A DNA stretch of 64,000 nt. It comes from the human T2T-CHM13v2.0 reference genome, Homo sapiens. Position numbers and translations under genes: made by a program. Of this stretch, positions 17,020 through 32,299 are shown one piece after another (the first letter of the stretch is position 1; every line of letters begins with the position of its first letter). The notes under the pieces are model-generated. The model was not told the origin of the DNA. It did not search any database and worked only from the letters and a program-made list of their open reading frames with translations. Where the stretch lies: NCBI RefSeq assembly GCF_009914755.1, contig NC_060942.1. One strand, given 5' to 3'.

Positions 17020-17870
17020 CCACATTAAAAATGTGTGTATCAACATGAAGGCAATGGGGAGAGCTAATAAAATTTATTGACCAAGGTCAATATGATCACA
17101 ATTTCAAAAAATGACTCAAACTCAGTGTGAAGAAGAGATTTGGGGGGTGAGCATGATGAGGAAACTGTTATGAGCCTGTTACAGTAATCTAGGTAGAAAT
17201 ATTCCACGTGTCCTGAGCTTGATGATGGAGGAGGTATGTGGATAGCTGAGAAATATTCAGGTGAAGGAAGTGACAATGATTGATGATTAAACGGATGTTG
17301 CAAATGCCTGAAGACACAGGGGAGGTGACAGAGAAGGAGAAGTTAAAGATTTCTGACCTTATCAGCCAGGTGGCCATTCACCAAGAGAACACAGAAACGA
17401 GAAGAAAAATGTAAGGGAAAAAGACAGTGAATTTGGTTCTGAATATGTTGAGGTTGATTTGGAAGTGTTTGGTAGGATTTTGGATTTATGAATGTAGAAA
17501 GGAAAGTTGAACAATGAGCAGAGAGATGATGGCTTAAGCCATGACAGCAGATGGGATGACTCTGGGTTGGGGCATTGAGGATTGACACCAAGCAAGACAG
17601 AGAAAAGGGAAAACTGCACAGAAATCCAAGCAGGAGGGAAGCAGGAAAACCATTCTTTGCATAAGCCCAAGGAAGAGAGTCTTTGAACAAGGGCATTGTC
17701 AACTGTGTATAATTCTGCCAAGGAGTCAAGTAAGGGCAGAACTGAATATTGTGTGGTGGAAAGTCTGAGGAATGCTGGTAGCAGAAGCGAGTGAGAAGGG
17801 TAAGTGCAACAGCTCTTTCAAGGCACTTGATGGTAAAAGGAAACAAAGAACTTGAGTGGAAGCTCCAAGA
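17020..17870 (-). mobile_element. L2 fragment
   Basis: Purine-rich L2 motifs (GGCCATTCACCAAGA, TTTGGTTCTGAATATGTTGAG). Confidence 0.6.
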
Positions 17871-17890
17871 CTGGATAAAAGATTATCCTT

Positions 17891-18685
<795 letters not shown>

Positions 18686-19989
18686 AAAAGATTATCCTTC
18701 GACCCTTGATCTCCCACGCTCCCTCATCCCCAACCTAAATGGAAAGTATCGAGCAATTAAATGTTAATGGGGAAGAAACCAAGAAAATTTCAAGATACAC
18801 GAGAGAAACAACTCTTAGAATGAGTTTGCCAAATACCCTAAAGGTATGAAATTCCAAGTACAACTGAAATGATTAGACTTTGACTTTAGAAGAGATATTT
18901 TAGAAGAGATGTCTCTGTGGAGACATGCAAATTTGTGTATTTCATCACAGGACGTCCTTAGCTCCTATTTCTCTATGAAAGAAGTTGAAAGATCATTTGT
19001 TGAAAGTTATGGGAGAAATGGTAGATTTGGTGTTCGGGGAGATTGAATAATTCTACATGGTTAATAACATTGACTTCAATATTTGGTGCATGATTTCACA
19101 AAGAGTAGAACTTTGGAGTCTGCATTAACTATTTAATCCTTTTGGATCATTTTGAAGGTTAAAATGTGAGGCAAAATGACGATAGGGTGTGTTACTTTTT
19201 TGCCTTTTTGTAATTACTTTTCTTTTTCTACCATATATGAATAAGAAAATACTTTACGTTACACAACACTTTTGTTTCTTAGACATCGTCTTCAGTTTTT
19301 TCCATTCCATGCTTATCTGAATATAGAATACATATTTATATATAGTACTGATAATTTTCCAGAAGTGAATTATGGCAGGTATTTCTGAGATCAAGGATAT
19401 GGCAAATTGCCTGGTTTAAATTTTCATAAACACGCAGTACAAACAGAGGATTTTTAAACAGTGATTTTGGAGTTATATTATGGTACAAACACAGGAAAAA
19501 AAGAAGGCTTACCAGAGAATATACTAAATAAATATTAAATAAAAGGACAGGAACTTGGAAAATGCTTTGTAATGCTGAGTAATTCACCTTATAGAGTATT
19601 TTCTATTTCTGTCCCTTTCAACTTAACGAATGTGATATATCAGCTGTGGATGACATTCATAATTCCACTAAATTAATCATTGTTAGCATCTGTAAGTCCA
19701 CTGCTTTAAATTTTTCAGCGCTAAATAGATTTTCTTTACAAATCCATTAATCTAAATCTAAAGTTGAAGAGGCAAGTGACAAAATTAAGGTTATTTTGAG
19801 TCCAAAGCATAATTTTAAAATGTTCAAAGTAATTCTGTTTTTAAAGGAGAAAGTATAGTTGTTTAATTAATCTGTTCATCAGTTTTCCCTGCTATATTGT
19901 TTTAATGGCTTTAGTTGTATAATATTTTATTTATTACTTATTATTTTTTATTTATTTTTTTACTCCTCCATGCCTAGAGTATACAAGTA

Positions 19990-20700
19990 ACAGTGAGGAA
20001 GCCAGAAGGTCTGGAGTAGCATAAGGACCAGGAGTAGGAGATGAGGGCTGAGGAGTTATCGGATCATGTGGATAATAAGGACTTTGATTTATATAATAAG
20101 TTGATTGAGAAGCTACTGAAGAAAATTGAGCAGGAGAGTTTCATGATCTGAATTGCTTTTTAAAAAGCTTTATTTGGTTGCTCTCTTGAGAAAGGAAGTA
20201 TGAGGCTGCATGTAGAAGCAGAAAGAATGGAGGCTATTAAAATAACCGAAGTAATAGATCATGGTGGTTTTTGATCAGAATAATGGTGGAAATGGAGAGA
20301 AGTAACTGGATTTACTATGTATTGTGAAGGGCAAGCTGATTGAGTTAGCTTTAGTTTGGATGTGGCATGTGAGAGAATAAAGAACATATTCAATAATTTT
20401 GGGAAGGATGTTATTGCCATTTACTGAGGTGACAAAGACTGACAGAGAAACAGTTTTGAGGGAGAAGTTCTGAATTTGGCTTTCCAGTGTGTCAAGTCTG
20501 GGATACCCTTTAGAGGTGTTGAGTAGGAAGTTGGACATGTGCATTCAAAGTTCAGTGGAGAACTAGAGGCTGGAGACAGACACTTAAAAATTGCCAGCAT
20601 TGCAATTAGTACAAATGAGGTAGGTGCACGGGAACTGTCCAATGGAGTAGATCAGAAACACAACAGGCACCGGGACCAAACTTCAGTACACTCCAGTATT
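19990..20700 (-). mobile_element. L2 fragment
   Basis: L2 motifs AGGACTTTGATTT, TTGCCATTTACTGAG, GGCTGGAGACAGACACTT. Confidence 0.65.
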
Positions 20701-21799
20701 AAACTCTACTTCCCAGATAAATTTTTTTCTTTATGTATTTAAAAAATTACCTAGAGGATTATATTTTATTATTTAAATTTTTGAATTTGCTGTGTCCTTA
20801 ATTTATGAGTCTAATATATTCTTATTTTTTTCTTGAAGATAGTGATTACAGTAGTTGTTTTTTAACTAATATTCTCTTTTATATCTTACATTGGATCCAG
20901 TTTTTTCTCTCCATTTCCACCATTATTCTGATCAAAAACCACCATGATCTCTTACTTCAGTTATTTTAAGAGCCTCTGTCCTTTCTCCTTCTCCATGTGG
21001 CCTCCCTTTTCTTGTTTTTTATTTCCCCTATAGACATTCTGTTTCTTAATCTCAGCCTTGACTATTCCTGTTTTTCTTGTTTTGTTTTGCTTTTCTGCCA
21101 CTCTTATGTTCTTCACATGCCCAGAGATCTTTGATTTTTCCACTCACAATGATGAATGATATGGATTTATTTGAGGTATTTGGTGTGGGTTTCCTTTGCT
21201 GCTGTTTATAAAAACTTGCTTTCCTGTCTCCTCTCTCTTTTGAGTGGTACAGTTCATTGAGAGTTCTGTTGACAATGGAAGGGTTTATTATTGGATTTAA
21301 TTCCCTGTAGTTTAATGACAAGGTTTCAGAGGTTAAACGGGGGCATTCAGTTACCGAAATGAATTCGATATTCTTTTGGTGGACCTAAACCAAAACTGGT
21401 TGCTTTCATTTTTCTTCTGCTAGCCTCTGTTTTATACTCTTTTGGCCAGGGACTAATGCCACATTGTCTATTTAACTTCCATGATAGTGAGCTGGACTTG
21501 CATATTCAGACTTTCAAATAACTCTGTGGTATTATCTCTTGTCCTCGTCCTTGCCTTCTGTGTGCTCTCTTTATGTTACCAGCTCTGAACATGGAGTCTT
21601 TCTGTAGTGTTTTGGGAAATCAGGCTTCTACCATTATTGTAGCTGATTTCTAGTATACTTGGACTATGACATTTTCTGCTCTTTCCTTTACTACCTCTTG
21701 CTATCAGTTTATTGCCTTTTAGACAATTATTTCAATGGCCTTTAGGTTTATAATTATAGATGCAATAATGGTTTAACACTCAGGTAATGCATTTGGCAA

Positions 21800-22020
21800 G
21801 AACTTTCTTAAAATTTGCTTCCTCCAGTTATTATCTTTGTGAATTTAGAAAAGTTACTTAAGTCTCTTAACAACATGGTTCCCTTTTCTGTAGAGGAGGG
21901 ATAATGATAAGAATACCTAACATATAGGATTACTGTTAGCATTAACTAAGGCAATATATATCAAGTTCAGTTCCTGGGGACTAGTACATGCTTAATATTA
22001 CTATTACTAATAACAACATT
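21800..22020 (+). mobile_element. MIR fragment
   Basis: AAGTTACTTAA...TCTGTA...GGGATAAT...ATACCTA..CATAGGATT core. Confidence 0.55.
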
Positions 22021-22125
22021 ATGAGTACTACTTTTGTATTTTTAAACAGATAGTATAACATTAGTTTTTGTATTTTAATTTGTTATAAGTTGCATACATA
22101 TTATGGATGATGGAAACATTTACCT

Positions 22126-22221
22126 ACATAGCTTAAAATATATGTCAATACAACAAAACATAGCTTAAAATATATGTCAATGCAACAAAACATAGCTTAA
22201 AATATATGTCAATACAACAAA
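22126..22221. repeat. Minisatellite, 32 bp x 3
   Basis: ACATAGCTTAAAATATATGTCAAT(A/G)CAACAAA three times, one mismatch. Confidence 0.95.
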
Positions 22222-22437
22222 AACAGCATATATGTGTGCAACTACACATTTTATGTATTTATCAAATTTCACGGTTCTGCTGAAAATTTTTAATTTCAAG
22301 AACAGCTGTGGGAAAATAATCATTATTTGCATTTGTAGGACTTTTCTCACCTTTCTGTTTTTTTCTGCAGTCATTTTCTCTGGAAATTTATTGGCAGCTT
22401 TTATAGATGTTCTTCATATATTTTATCAGCCCAAGCA

Positions 22438-22443
22438 GTGTGT

Positions 22444-22486
<43 letters not shown>
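22438..22486. repeat. (TG)n microsatellite
   Basis: Direct reading. Confidence 0.95.
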
Positions 22487-22496
<10 letters not shown>

Positions 22497-22940
22497 CTTT
22501 ATTTCCATTGCCCAAGTTTGTCTCTGTTACAATTAATATACTATTAATGCTTTATAGAAAATAGACATAAAAAGGATTACAGAGAATACTGAGGTACTAA
22601 TATTCAGGATGAAAAGATAAGGGTTAATTGGTTAGTTTAGAAACCAGTTGGTCAATTGTTTCGGAGTTTGTGGAGGTAACTGAGTTCTGCCTATTTTTCA
22701 ACTGATAAATTGGGATTTATGGAGATTTGCTGATTTTTTTTTACAGGTTAGCATTTTTGAACTACAAGTATAACAATAAACAGTTCAACCACAATCATTA
22801 CATCATCAGCAACAAGCCTGCCAGAATCCACATAGGAAAAAGGCAAAACAACACTAAAGCTAAATGAAGGACTAATGTGGATTATCCTGTAACCACCCTA
22901 TATAGCATCCTGTGATTGTAATTTCAACTTTCTTTTTCAG

Positions 22941-23057
22941 TTTGACATTCTTCTTGGTCAACATAATGATGAAATGCAAGAACTGTCAGGCAATATAAAG
23001 GAAGAATCCAAATCTCAAAACAGCAAAGACAGAGTGATTTGTGAGTTAAGAGCAGAG
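22941..23057 (+). CDS. CCDC102B: Internal coding exon (117 nt, phase 0/0) of coiled-coil domain-containing protein 102B
   Basis: Acceptor CTTTCTTTTTCAG, donor GAG|GTAAGA; FDILLGQHNDEMQELSGNIKEESKSQNSKDRVICELRAE joins in frame to the next exon. Confidence 0.85.
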
Positions 23058-26000
23058 GTAAGACACTGGGTAAAGAGTACCATATATATTAAAACATAAC
23101 TGACTGTTGTTAAATGCCATACTATTTTAAGTAGGGTAACGGTCGTGCCTTTGGTTACTTTATGAAAGTGAATGCTGCTGCTAATGTAATCAGCTTATAT
23201 GTGATTTAAAAGGCTGTGGAATGACATTGGCCCATAACTAGATCTGAACTATTTGAATATTACAAAGATGAAATATTTGACTATGAAACTATCTTATAGC
23301 CAATACAAGTCTTACTGTGCATAAATATTTTTTAAAAGTTCAACCAGCTGCTGGATCATGTGTGTTCATTTATTTTCAGAACCAATGACATACAAGATAT
23401 GTGTCATGCAATTTCTGGTGGAATTAACATTGCTATTGGAAGCTAACAACAGTGAGAGATAAAATAAATTCACTTTTGTTATAGTTAATTCATTTCTTAG
23501 GTACACCAAGTAGTGAAAACACTTATTTTTCCACTCCTGCCACCACCAACAATAAATGAATTTTCGCAAATGTGTAAACACTGAGTGTTTTTTACTGTTC
23601 TGTAGGTAAGAACAGAATTATTGTCCTTGTAGAAAGGAGAAGGGATTGAATTATTTGTACTTCATAGAAAATAGCATGATGACATTAAAAATGGAAAATC
23701 ACAAATTACTTGTCTTGGAACAGATAATTCTGGGAAAATATCTTGGAAACAAATGTGTAAGAGCAATTTACAGACTGAAATGAATTTAATGCAACTGTAG
23801 GCTGGTAGAAAACTGATTTGTATTAGGTTTTCTTCCTTATATAACTCTTCAAATTCTGAACTGACATCAGAGTATATTTACATCAGATGAATATAGTGCA
23901 ATGGGAAATATACAGATTTTGGAGCTAGAAATCAGCTCCTGATTACTTTATTCTGGTCAACTCCATAAGCATCTCTGAGTGTCAGTCTCCAGATTAAAAT
24001 AATAGTAATAATAATATTAATAATAATCATGAAACAGGATTTTGGAAAATGTATATACTGCAAGGGAACAGTTTTCTGAGACAGAGTGCTCTAGTATTGG
24101 AACTTAACAGCTAAGCTGCTTAGGAGAATTATATCCTCCCTGTGTTCCTCCTCATCACATCAATGCCATCCGTTGACAGCTCTTCTATAAGTCCTAAAAG
24201 GGGTGTTGGGGTGAGATGGCATGTTTCAAGAGGTCCATTATGAGAAAGGCTGAACGGTTGAATACAAATCTTCCTAAGTCAAAGGGAAAAATTGGTGGCT
24301 TTCATAACTTTTGTTTTCTAAGAGGAATCAGACTATCAGGATAGATATCTCTTTTTCTTGACCCTCAGCTCTGAGAAGCATCTTTCATTAAACATTGTAC
24401 AACATGTTGTATAAAAGTTTATTTAATAGTTAACAGCAAAAAAGGAAGAAAGCACATATAGATATTTATTTAATATTTAATCTTTAGTTCTGCGAATATT
24501 GTATCTGCTGTGCTGTGTTCTGGTAACTCAATGGTGTGGGATGTAGAAATGGACTTGCCTTCAGAGAACAGCCTTCAGTGAGGGGTACAGTATTCACCAG
24601 AGATCATACCTTTCAGTGTAAGTTGTCAACAGTTTGGGAGCTGTACAGCAAATGTGAATGATGCTAGGGGGATTGCCCTAGCCAGAAATTTTAGATGAAA
24701 TACAAGATATTTTATTTACTGACATAGTTAAATAGCATTATCTTTGACATGAAGGATATTGTATAATTAGAACTCCGGGGTCATCATAATTTAATTTTTA
24801 GAGATTGTCACAGTAGGTGTTGATCTGAATTGATTTAAATCTCCTGTATCTCAATTCCTCTTATTGACTTTACATGTTCTAGCAAAGAGATTTTCAATTA
24901 CTGAGAATATGATGAATATATTAGAAATGGTTACATGATTTTGGAGCAGGATATTGAGGAATGAAAGCAGGTTAATTCAGAAGACTGTTAGTGATATAGA
25001 TTTAAACATTCTGGGTTTATATTGACAAAACTCAGGAAACAGAATATATAAAATGAGATTTATATGACTAAACCACTGGAGAAAAATAACAGTCTGGGAA
25101 AACAGAATCAAGCTGTCACAGAGAAATATACTTTCTGGTCATTTAGATAAATACAAGTTTAAATACTCCATTTTTTCAAGAATAAAACTGTTACTTATTC
25201 TGCATTTATAGAAATCTGATAAATAGAAAGTTGAATAACCAATGAAAGCCTGTAATCATTTATCCAGGAAATATTAGGTGCCTTGAGTAACAGATATTTC
25301 TTTCAAAAAATTTAAACTATATAGTTTGAAATAAAATACTGAAAATAATCTTTGATAGCACATCAGTAGTAGCTTTTCTTGGTAGCTAGGTCTTCTGAAA
25401 AGATTTCTAGCTAACTTAGGTTGATGATTGAATTATAGTCTGAGGTTTATTGCCTCCTTTAAGTTTCTTACTGTCTTCTATTAGATAAAGAAGAGCTCAA
25501 TGACGATTGTGATGTGAGTGGGAAAAGAAGGGACTGTATCAATTAAAACTGTAAATATTAGCTTGTCTTAGGAATAGCCCACCTCCCTTCTTTAGAAAGT
25601 CTGCATATTTTAGTGCCAACCTCAACACATCTAGTGTTTAACACCTTCAAGCTACTTGCGATCTTTAATATGATGCCATCCAGCTCTTATCTTCCTTAGG
25701 ACACAAACACATACATTTGAACTTTTCCTGTAAGTTGTGTACAATTCTTCTAAGACCCTGTTTACTGCGTCCCATGAGGTCACAAGTCAACTTAGCAAGT
25801 CTACACTAACATGCTAATTTCTTTCATGTCAACATATCAATTGCTACTCTCAATGCTTCCAATCCAAAACTGCTTTGCTAACACTCTTACAGTTGTGTTT
25901 AACACGGATTCTAATTTCCAGTGGAGAGAAATTTTCTGTTTTACATGGGAGGTCATTGACTTAGAACTTTTCCATCATTATCATCAAACGTTTTCCTTAG

Positions 26001-26368
26001 AAAACATGTTTTCCTATGAACTGACACCTTCTGGAAACATATGCCTTAAATCAAACAAACAATTACATTTCTCTTCTGCTAAAATCCCTGGTTAATATGA
26101 GTATGGCATAAAAAGGAAAGGAAAGGGCCTGACAGTTTAGGTGGTGGAGTTCTTAACTTCATTCTGCAATAGTGCGTGGCTCGTAATCACTCAACAAATG
26201 GCCATTAATTGAATGAATGAGGGAAGGATAAGGACAAAGCACATATCAAAAAAGAGAGCCTTCTATTTTAACTTTCTATGAGGTCGAAAGTAAAAGCAAA
26301 ATAAGAATGGAGGAAGGGCAAAGCTGTCTATATTCATTTGGAATATGATTTGTTCTATATTTGACTCC

Positions 26369-26669
<301 letters not shown>

Positions 26670-26711
26670 TAGATTTGACTACATTTGATTCACTCAAAGC
26701 ACGTTGGTCAC

Positions 26712-27047
26712 TAGTATGGTCTGAATGTGTGTGTGTTCCCCAAATTTATATACTGACATCCTAACTTCCAAGGTGAAATCAACTCCTTTAGGAGTTGATT
26801 AAGTTATGAGGGCAATTAGAATTAGTGCCCTTAAAAAAGAGACCCCAGAGAGTTAGCTCACGCCTCTACCATGTGGATACACAGGGAGAAAGTGCTGTGT
26901 ATGAACCAGAAAGCAGGTCCTCACCAGGTACAAAATCTACTGGCAACTTAAGCTTGGATTCCAGGCTCCAGAACTGTGAGAAATAAATTTCTCTTGTTTA
27001 TAAGCTACCCAGGTTATGATATTTTGTGGCCTAAATGGACTAAGACA
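26712..27047 (+). mobile_element. MaLR solo LTR (MLT1A/MST-like)
   Basis: TATGGTCTGAATG start; CCAGAACTGTGAGAAATAAATTTC...GGACTAAGACA end. Confidence 0.8.
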
Positions 27048-27113
27048 GTCACAAGCACAGATGGGCAAGTGTAATTATTTAAAGGACAGAACTATCAAAA
27101 AAACTAGTGGCGG

Positions 27114-28831
27114 TGTGTCCGGAATTGGTGGGTTCTTGGTCTCACTGACTTCAAGAATGAAGCCACGGACCCTCGTGGTGAGTGTTACAGTTCTTAAGGT
27201 GGAGTTTGGAGTTTGTTAACTCCAAAGGTCGCGTCTGGAGTTTGTTCCTTCTGATGTTCGGATGTGTTCGGAGTTTCTTCCTTCTGGTGGGTTCGTGGTC
27301 TCGCTGGCTCAGGAGTGAAGCTGCAGACCTTCGCGGTGAGTGTTACAGCTCTTAAGGCAGCATGTCTGGAGTTGTTCATTCCTCCCAGTGGGCTCGTGGT
27401 CTCGCTGGCTTCAGGAGTGAAGCTGCAGATCTTCGCGGCGAGTGTTACAGCTCTTAAGGCAGCATGTCTGGAGTTGTTCATTCCTCCCGGTGGGCTCTTG
27501 GTCTCGCTGGCTTCAGGAGTGAAGCTGCAGATCTTCGTGGTGAGTGTTACAGCTCATAAAAGCAGTGTAGACCCAAAGAGTGAGCAGTAGCAAGATTTAT
27601 TGCAAAGAACGAAAGAACAAAGCTTCCACAGTGTGGAAGGGGACTCGAGCGGGTTGCCACTGCTGGCTCAGGCAGCCTGCTTTTATTCTTTTATCTGGCC
27701 CCACCCACATTCTGCTGATTGGTAGAGTCCAGTGGTCTGTTTTGACAGGGTGCTGATTGGTGGATTTACAATCCCTGAGCTAGACAGAAAGGTTCTCCAC
27801 GTCCCCACCAGATTAGCTAGATACAGAGTGTCAACACAAAGGTTCTGCAAGGCCCCACCAGAGTAGCTAGATACAGAGTGTTGATTGGTGCATTCACAAA
27901 CCCTGAGATAGACACAGGGCGCTGATTGGTGTATTTACAAACCTTGAGCTAGATACAGAGTGCCGATTGGTGTATTTACAATCCCTGAGCTAGGCATAAA
28001 GGTTCTCCAAGGCCCCACCAGAATAGCTAAATACAGAGTGTCGATTGGTGCATTCACAAACCCTGAGCTAGACACAGGGTGCTGATTGGTGCATTTACAA
28101 ACCTTGAGCTAGATACAGAGTGCCGATTGGTGTATTTACAATCCCGGGGCTAGACATAAAGGTTCTCCACGTCCCCACCAGACTCAGGAGCCCAGCTGGC
28201 TTCACCCAGTGGATCCCGCACCAGGGCTGCAGGTGGAGCTGCCTGCCAGTCCTGTGCAGTGCGCATGCACTCCTCAGCCCTTGGGTGGTCGATGGGATTG
28301 GGCGCTGTGGAGCAGGGGGCGGTGCTCATCGGGGAGGCTTGGGCCCCACGGGAGCCCATGGAGGGGGTGGGAGGCTCAGGCATGGCGGGCTGCAGGTCCC
28401 GAGCCCTGCCCCGCCCAAGGCAGCTAAGGCCCGGTGAGAAATCGAGCGCAGCGCCGGTGGGCTGGCACTGCTGGGGGACCCAGTACACCCTCCACAGCCA
28501 CTGGCCCAGGTGCTAAGCCCCTCATTGCCCGGGGCCGGCAGGGCTGGCCAGCTGCTCCGAGTGCGGGGCCCACCAAGCCCATGCCCACCCGGAACTCCAG
28601 CTGGCCCGCAAGCACCGCGCGCAGCCCCGGTTCCTGCTCGTGCCTCTCCCTCCACACCTCCCTGCAAGCTGAGGGAGCCGGCTCCAGCCTTGGCCAGCCC
28701 AGAAAGGGGCTCCCACAGTGCAGCGGTGGGCTGAAGGGCTCCTCAAGTGCCGCCAAAGTGGGAGCCCAGGCAGAGGAGGCGCCGAGAGCCAGCGAGGGCT
28801 GTGAGGACTGCCAGCATGCTGTCACCTCTCA
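27114..28831 (-). mobile_element. Solo ERV9 LTR (LTR12C-like), full length, antisense to the host gene
   Basis: TG...CA termini; 4-bp TSD GCGG (27110-27113, 28832-28835); repeated GATTGG (CCAAT) units 27715-28135; U5 tandem repeats 27170-27555; GC-rich U3. Confidence 0.93.
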
Positions 28832-29682
28832 GCGGGGCAACTAAGTCATGAAGATAACCCCATTTTCATACAACAACTCTACTTTCGGGGTGAATTGGAG
28901 AAATTCACTGTCCTCTAAACCTTTTGTTGAATTGAGTTACTTCTTTAATGGAGTAAATTGTTTCTCTCAAATACTATTAGAAATTCTCCTGCATTTGAAT
29001 ATTTAAGCAGTGGAAAATGTTGTTAAATAGCTTCCATAAATTTATGATTAGTAAAATATGGCTTGATGTACTTTTTAATCCTAGTAGTCACAAGTAGTTA
29101 TTGGAACAATTATTTCTAACAGTGATTTACCATATTGGTTTTTATTTTGACTATTGATCTGTTCAAGTTCAAAACAGCTCTTCTGGAATTGGGTTTTATA
29201 GGTTGAGGCATTTCTTTCTGTGTAGTTAGCAATGACTCAAGTGCCCTGAAAAATAGAAAAATTATCTTCTGTTCATATTTGAGTCTCTGATTTTAGGCTT
29301 TCTAGAAATCACCAAGACAATAATTGCTTTACTGAAGAAATAACTCAGACTGGTGATAAATCAAAACAATTATGCTTTGCAATTATTTTATTAACCAATG
29401 AGTGGAAGATGTCATTTGGAGGTGAGCAGGGATGAAAAGAAAAATAAACAGGCCAAGAAGCTTTCCCCTTCAAAGAAGCAAAACTATTTAATATGTGCAT
29501 CCTTGTCTTAAATACTGAAATTAATGGAAGATGCATAAAGATCTATTAAAATACTCTGTTCAGATTGAGTATCACTAGATATTTAGAGCTAATGTTTATG
29601 AATACTTTGTAGGTCTCATGTGCCTTGTAAGGACATAAAACATTAGATTTCATTTAATCAACACATCAATTTTATAAGATAA

Positions 29683-30060
29683 TGTGATTGTTAATTTTAT
29701 GTGTCAACTTGACTAGGCCATAGGGTGCCCAGACATTTGTCCAAATATTATTCTGGGTGTGTCTGTGAGGATGTTTCAGGATGCAATTAACACTTGAATG
29801 GGTGCATTGAGTAAAGCAGATTGCCTTCTCTAATGTGGGTGGATTTCATGCAAACAATTGAAGACCTAAATAGAACAAAAAGGCTGAGAACGAGGAAACT
29901 ACTGATGCCTAACTGCTTGAGCTGGAACCTTGATCTGCTCCAGCCTTTGGATTTGGACTGAAACATCAGAACTTCTTGAGTTTCCAGCTTGCTGTCTACA
30001 AATCTTGGGACTTAGCTTCTATAATTTCATGAGCCAATTCCTTATAATTTATCTCTCCCA
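29683..30060 (+). mobile_element. MLT2 (ERVL) LTR
   Basis: TGTGATTGTTAATTTTATGTGTCAACTTGACTAGGCCA start. Confidence 0.8.
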
Positions 30061-31074
30061 TTCTCTCTGTCTCTCTCTGTCATTAAACCTCACGCCCTTG
30101 ACCACTATGTGATACTGCTTTACACCACCAAAAATTACCTAAACATTTTATGTATTTGTTCATTGTATTGTTATAAATTTATTTGTACATTTTTGAGAAT
30201 ATAACTCTCCTATGCTAGACTCCTAAGCAAAAACATGTAAATCAAGCAAAAGGAGTTATAATACATCTTTTAATACAATGTGGCTAAATAATAATAGGAA
30301 CACTTCTTTTTAAAAATATGTTAAAAATATTTTAACTATTATTAGCATTTTAATAAGATTTTAAAAATCAAATATCCTTAAAGAGCCAATGATAATTTGC
30401 ATTGCAAAAGCTGACTTTGCATGTTGCACTTTAGCCACACAAATAAAAATATAAATAAATAAACAAGACAATTATTGTTACCACTTAGACAATACAAAAT
30501 AATGCCTTATAGCTTTGAGAAATAAAATGAGAGATGATCTGTGTCAGAACATCCAACCTCTTTTCTTACAATGACTTTAGCAACATGTTCCTTCTCCTAA
30601 GGAAGTCTTTGATATTTCTCACTCCAAGCCCAAAACCTGAAAAAGAAATGAGCAAAGCCAGTGACAACTGATAGTATTAATAAAATATCCCCATGTTTTC
30701 CCCTTCACATCAGTCTCTGCATTTAAAAGGATTGATTAGTTCCTACACAATCCATTGATTTATTTCTAGAATCTAGAGTGATATATGACCATGTTTGATA
30801 GAAATTGGATTAAGTTATTGTAAACATGTAACCAATTTATTCATTTTAGCTCCTAAATAAGCCAAGAATGTAACTATTATTCCAGGCTCATATTTCATTT
30901 AAACGTTTTTTCTCACTACCTAGTATATAGAATTACTTATCTTTACAAACAACAATAAAAGGATTGCCACATTTTCAAGAGAAGCCAAAGAGGAGGATTA
31001 ATTTTTTACATCTGGAAAATTAAATATAGATACTGTTTCCTACTTTCTCTTCGATCCCAGAGTGTTTGGAATGT

Positions 31075-31410
31075 AACCATAAAAAATAATGAGATCATGT
31101 CCTTTGCAGGGACATGGATGGGGCTAGAGGCCATTATCCTTAGCAAACTAATAAAGGAACAGAAAACCAAATACTGCATATTCCACTTAAAAGTGGGAGC
31201 TAAATGATAAGAACACATGGACACGTAGAGGGGAACAACACACACTGGGTAGACGGTGGAAAGAGGGAGAGGATCAGGAAAAAACAACTAATGGGTATTA
31301 GGCTTAATACCTGAGTGATGAAATAATCTGTTTAACAAACCCCCATGACACATGTTTACTTGTGGAACAAACCTGCACATGTATGCCCAAACTTAAAAGT
31401 ATATATAAAA
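31075..31410 (+). mobile_element. Old L1P 3' end
   Basis: GAGATCATGTCCTTTGCAGGGACATGGATG...AACCTGCACATGTA. Confidence 0.85.
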
Positions 31411-31835
<425 letters not shown>

Positions 31836-32299
31836 TTACACTTTTCCTACTGTAGAGAAAGACTGGAAGGTTTTTTATCTGGAAAAATTGAGACAGAAGA
31901 ACTCTAAACTAAACCATTGTGCGTGCAACTGAGGGACTAATTACTGTCAACAGGGGGATTTAATGACATTGTGCATAAAGAACAGGGAAACTCTTAATAT
32001 GCTTTAGTTGTTTTAACTCCAAGAAAATTCATTTCACAAAAGAGTGGAACATTTCTCTCTGAGTACAGTGCCCTTCTCAAAGGAAAATAGAGACTGGAAG
32101 CTCCACTATCTTTACTTAAGTCCCTTGGTTAATAAGCCCCTCCTGTTTGTACACTAAACATCCAATCGGCTTTTTAGTAACTCATTCTTAAATATAAATT
32201 AACATCTAAAAATTTCCTGTTATGGAGAAGTTTTAACATCCGGTAGAAAGTTTTTTAAAAACTAGAAAAGCATCAGTAGAAAAGAAAACAATAGTGGTA

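Noticed and set aside
22126-22221. CRISPR-like 32-bp repeats
   Set aside because: No spacers; eukaryotic minisatellite
27016-28844. Cluster of GC-rich ORFs and an apparent CpG island
   Set aside because: All lie within or run into the LTR12C; typical spurious ORFs
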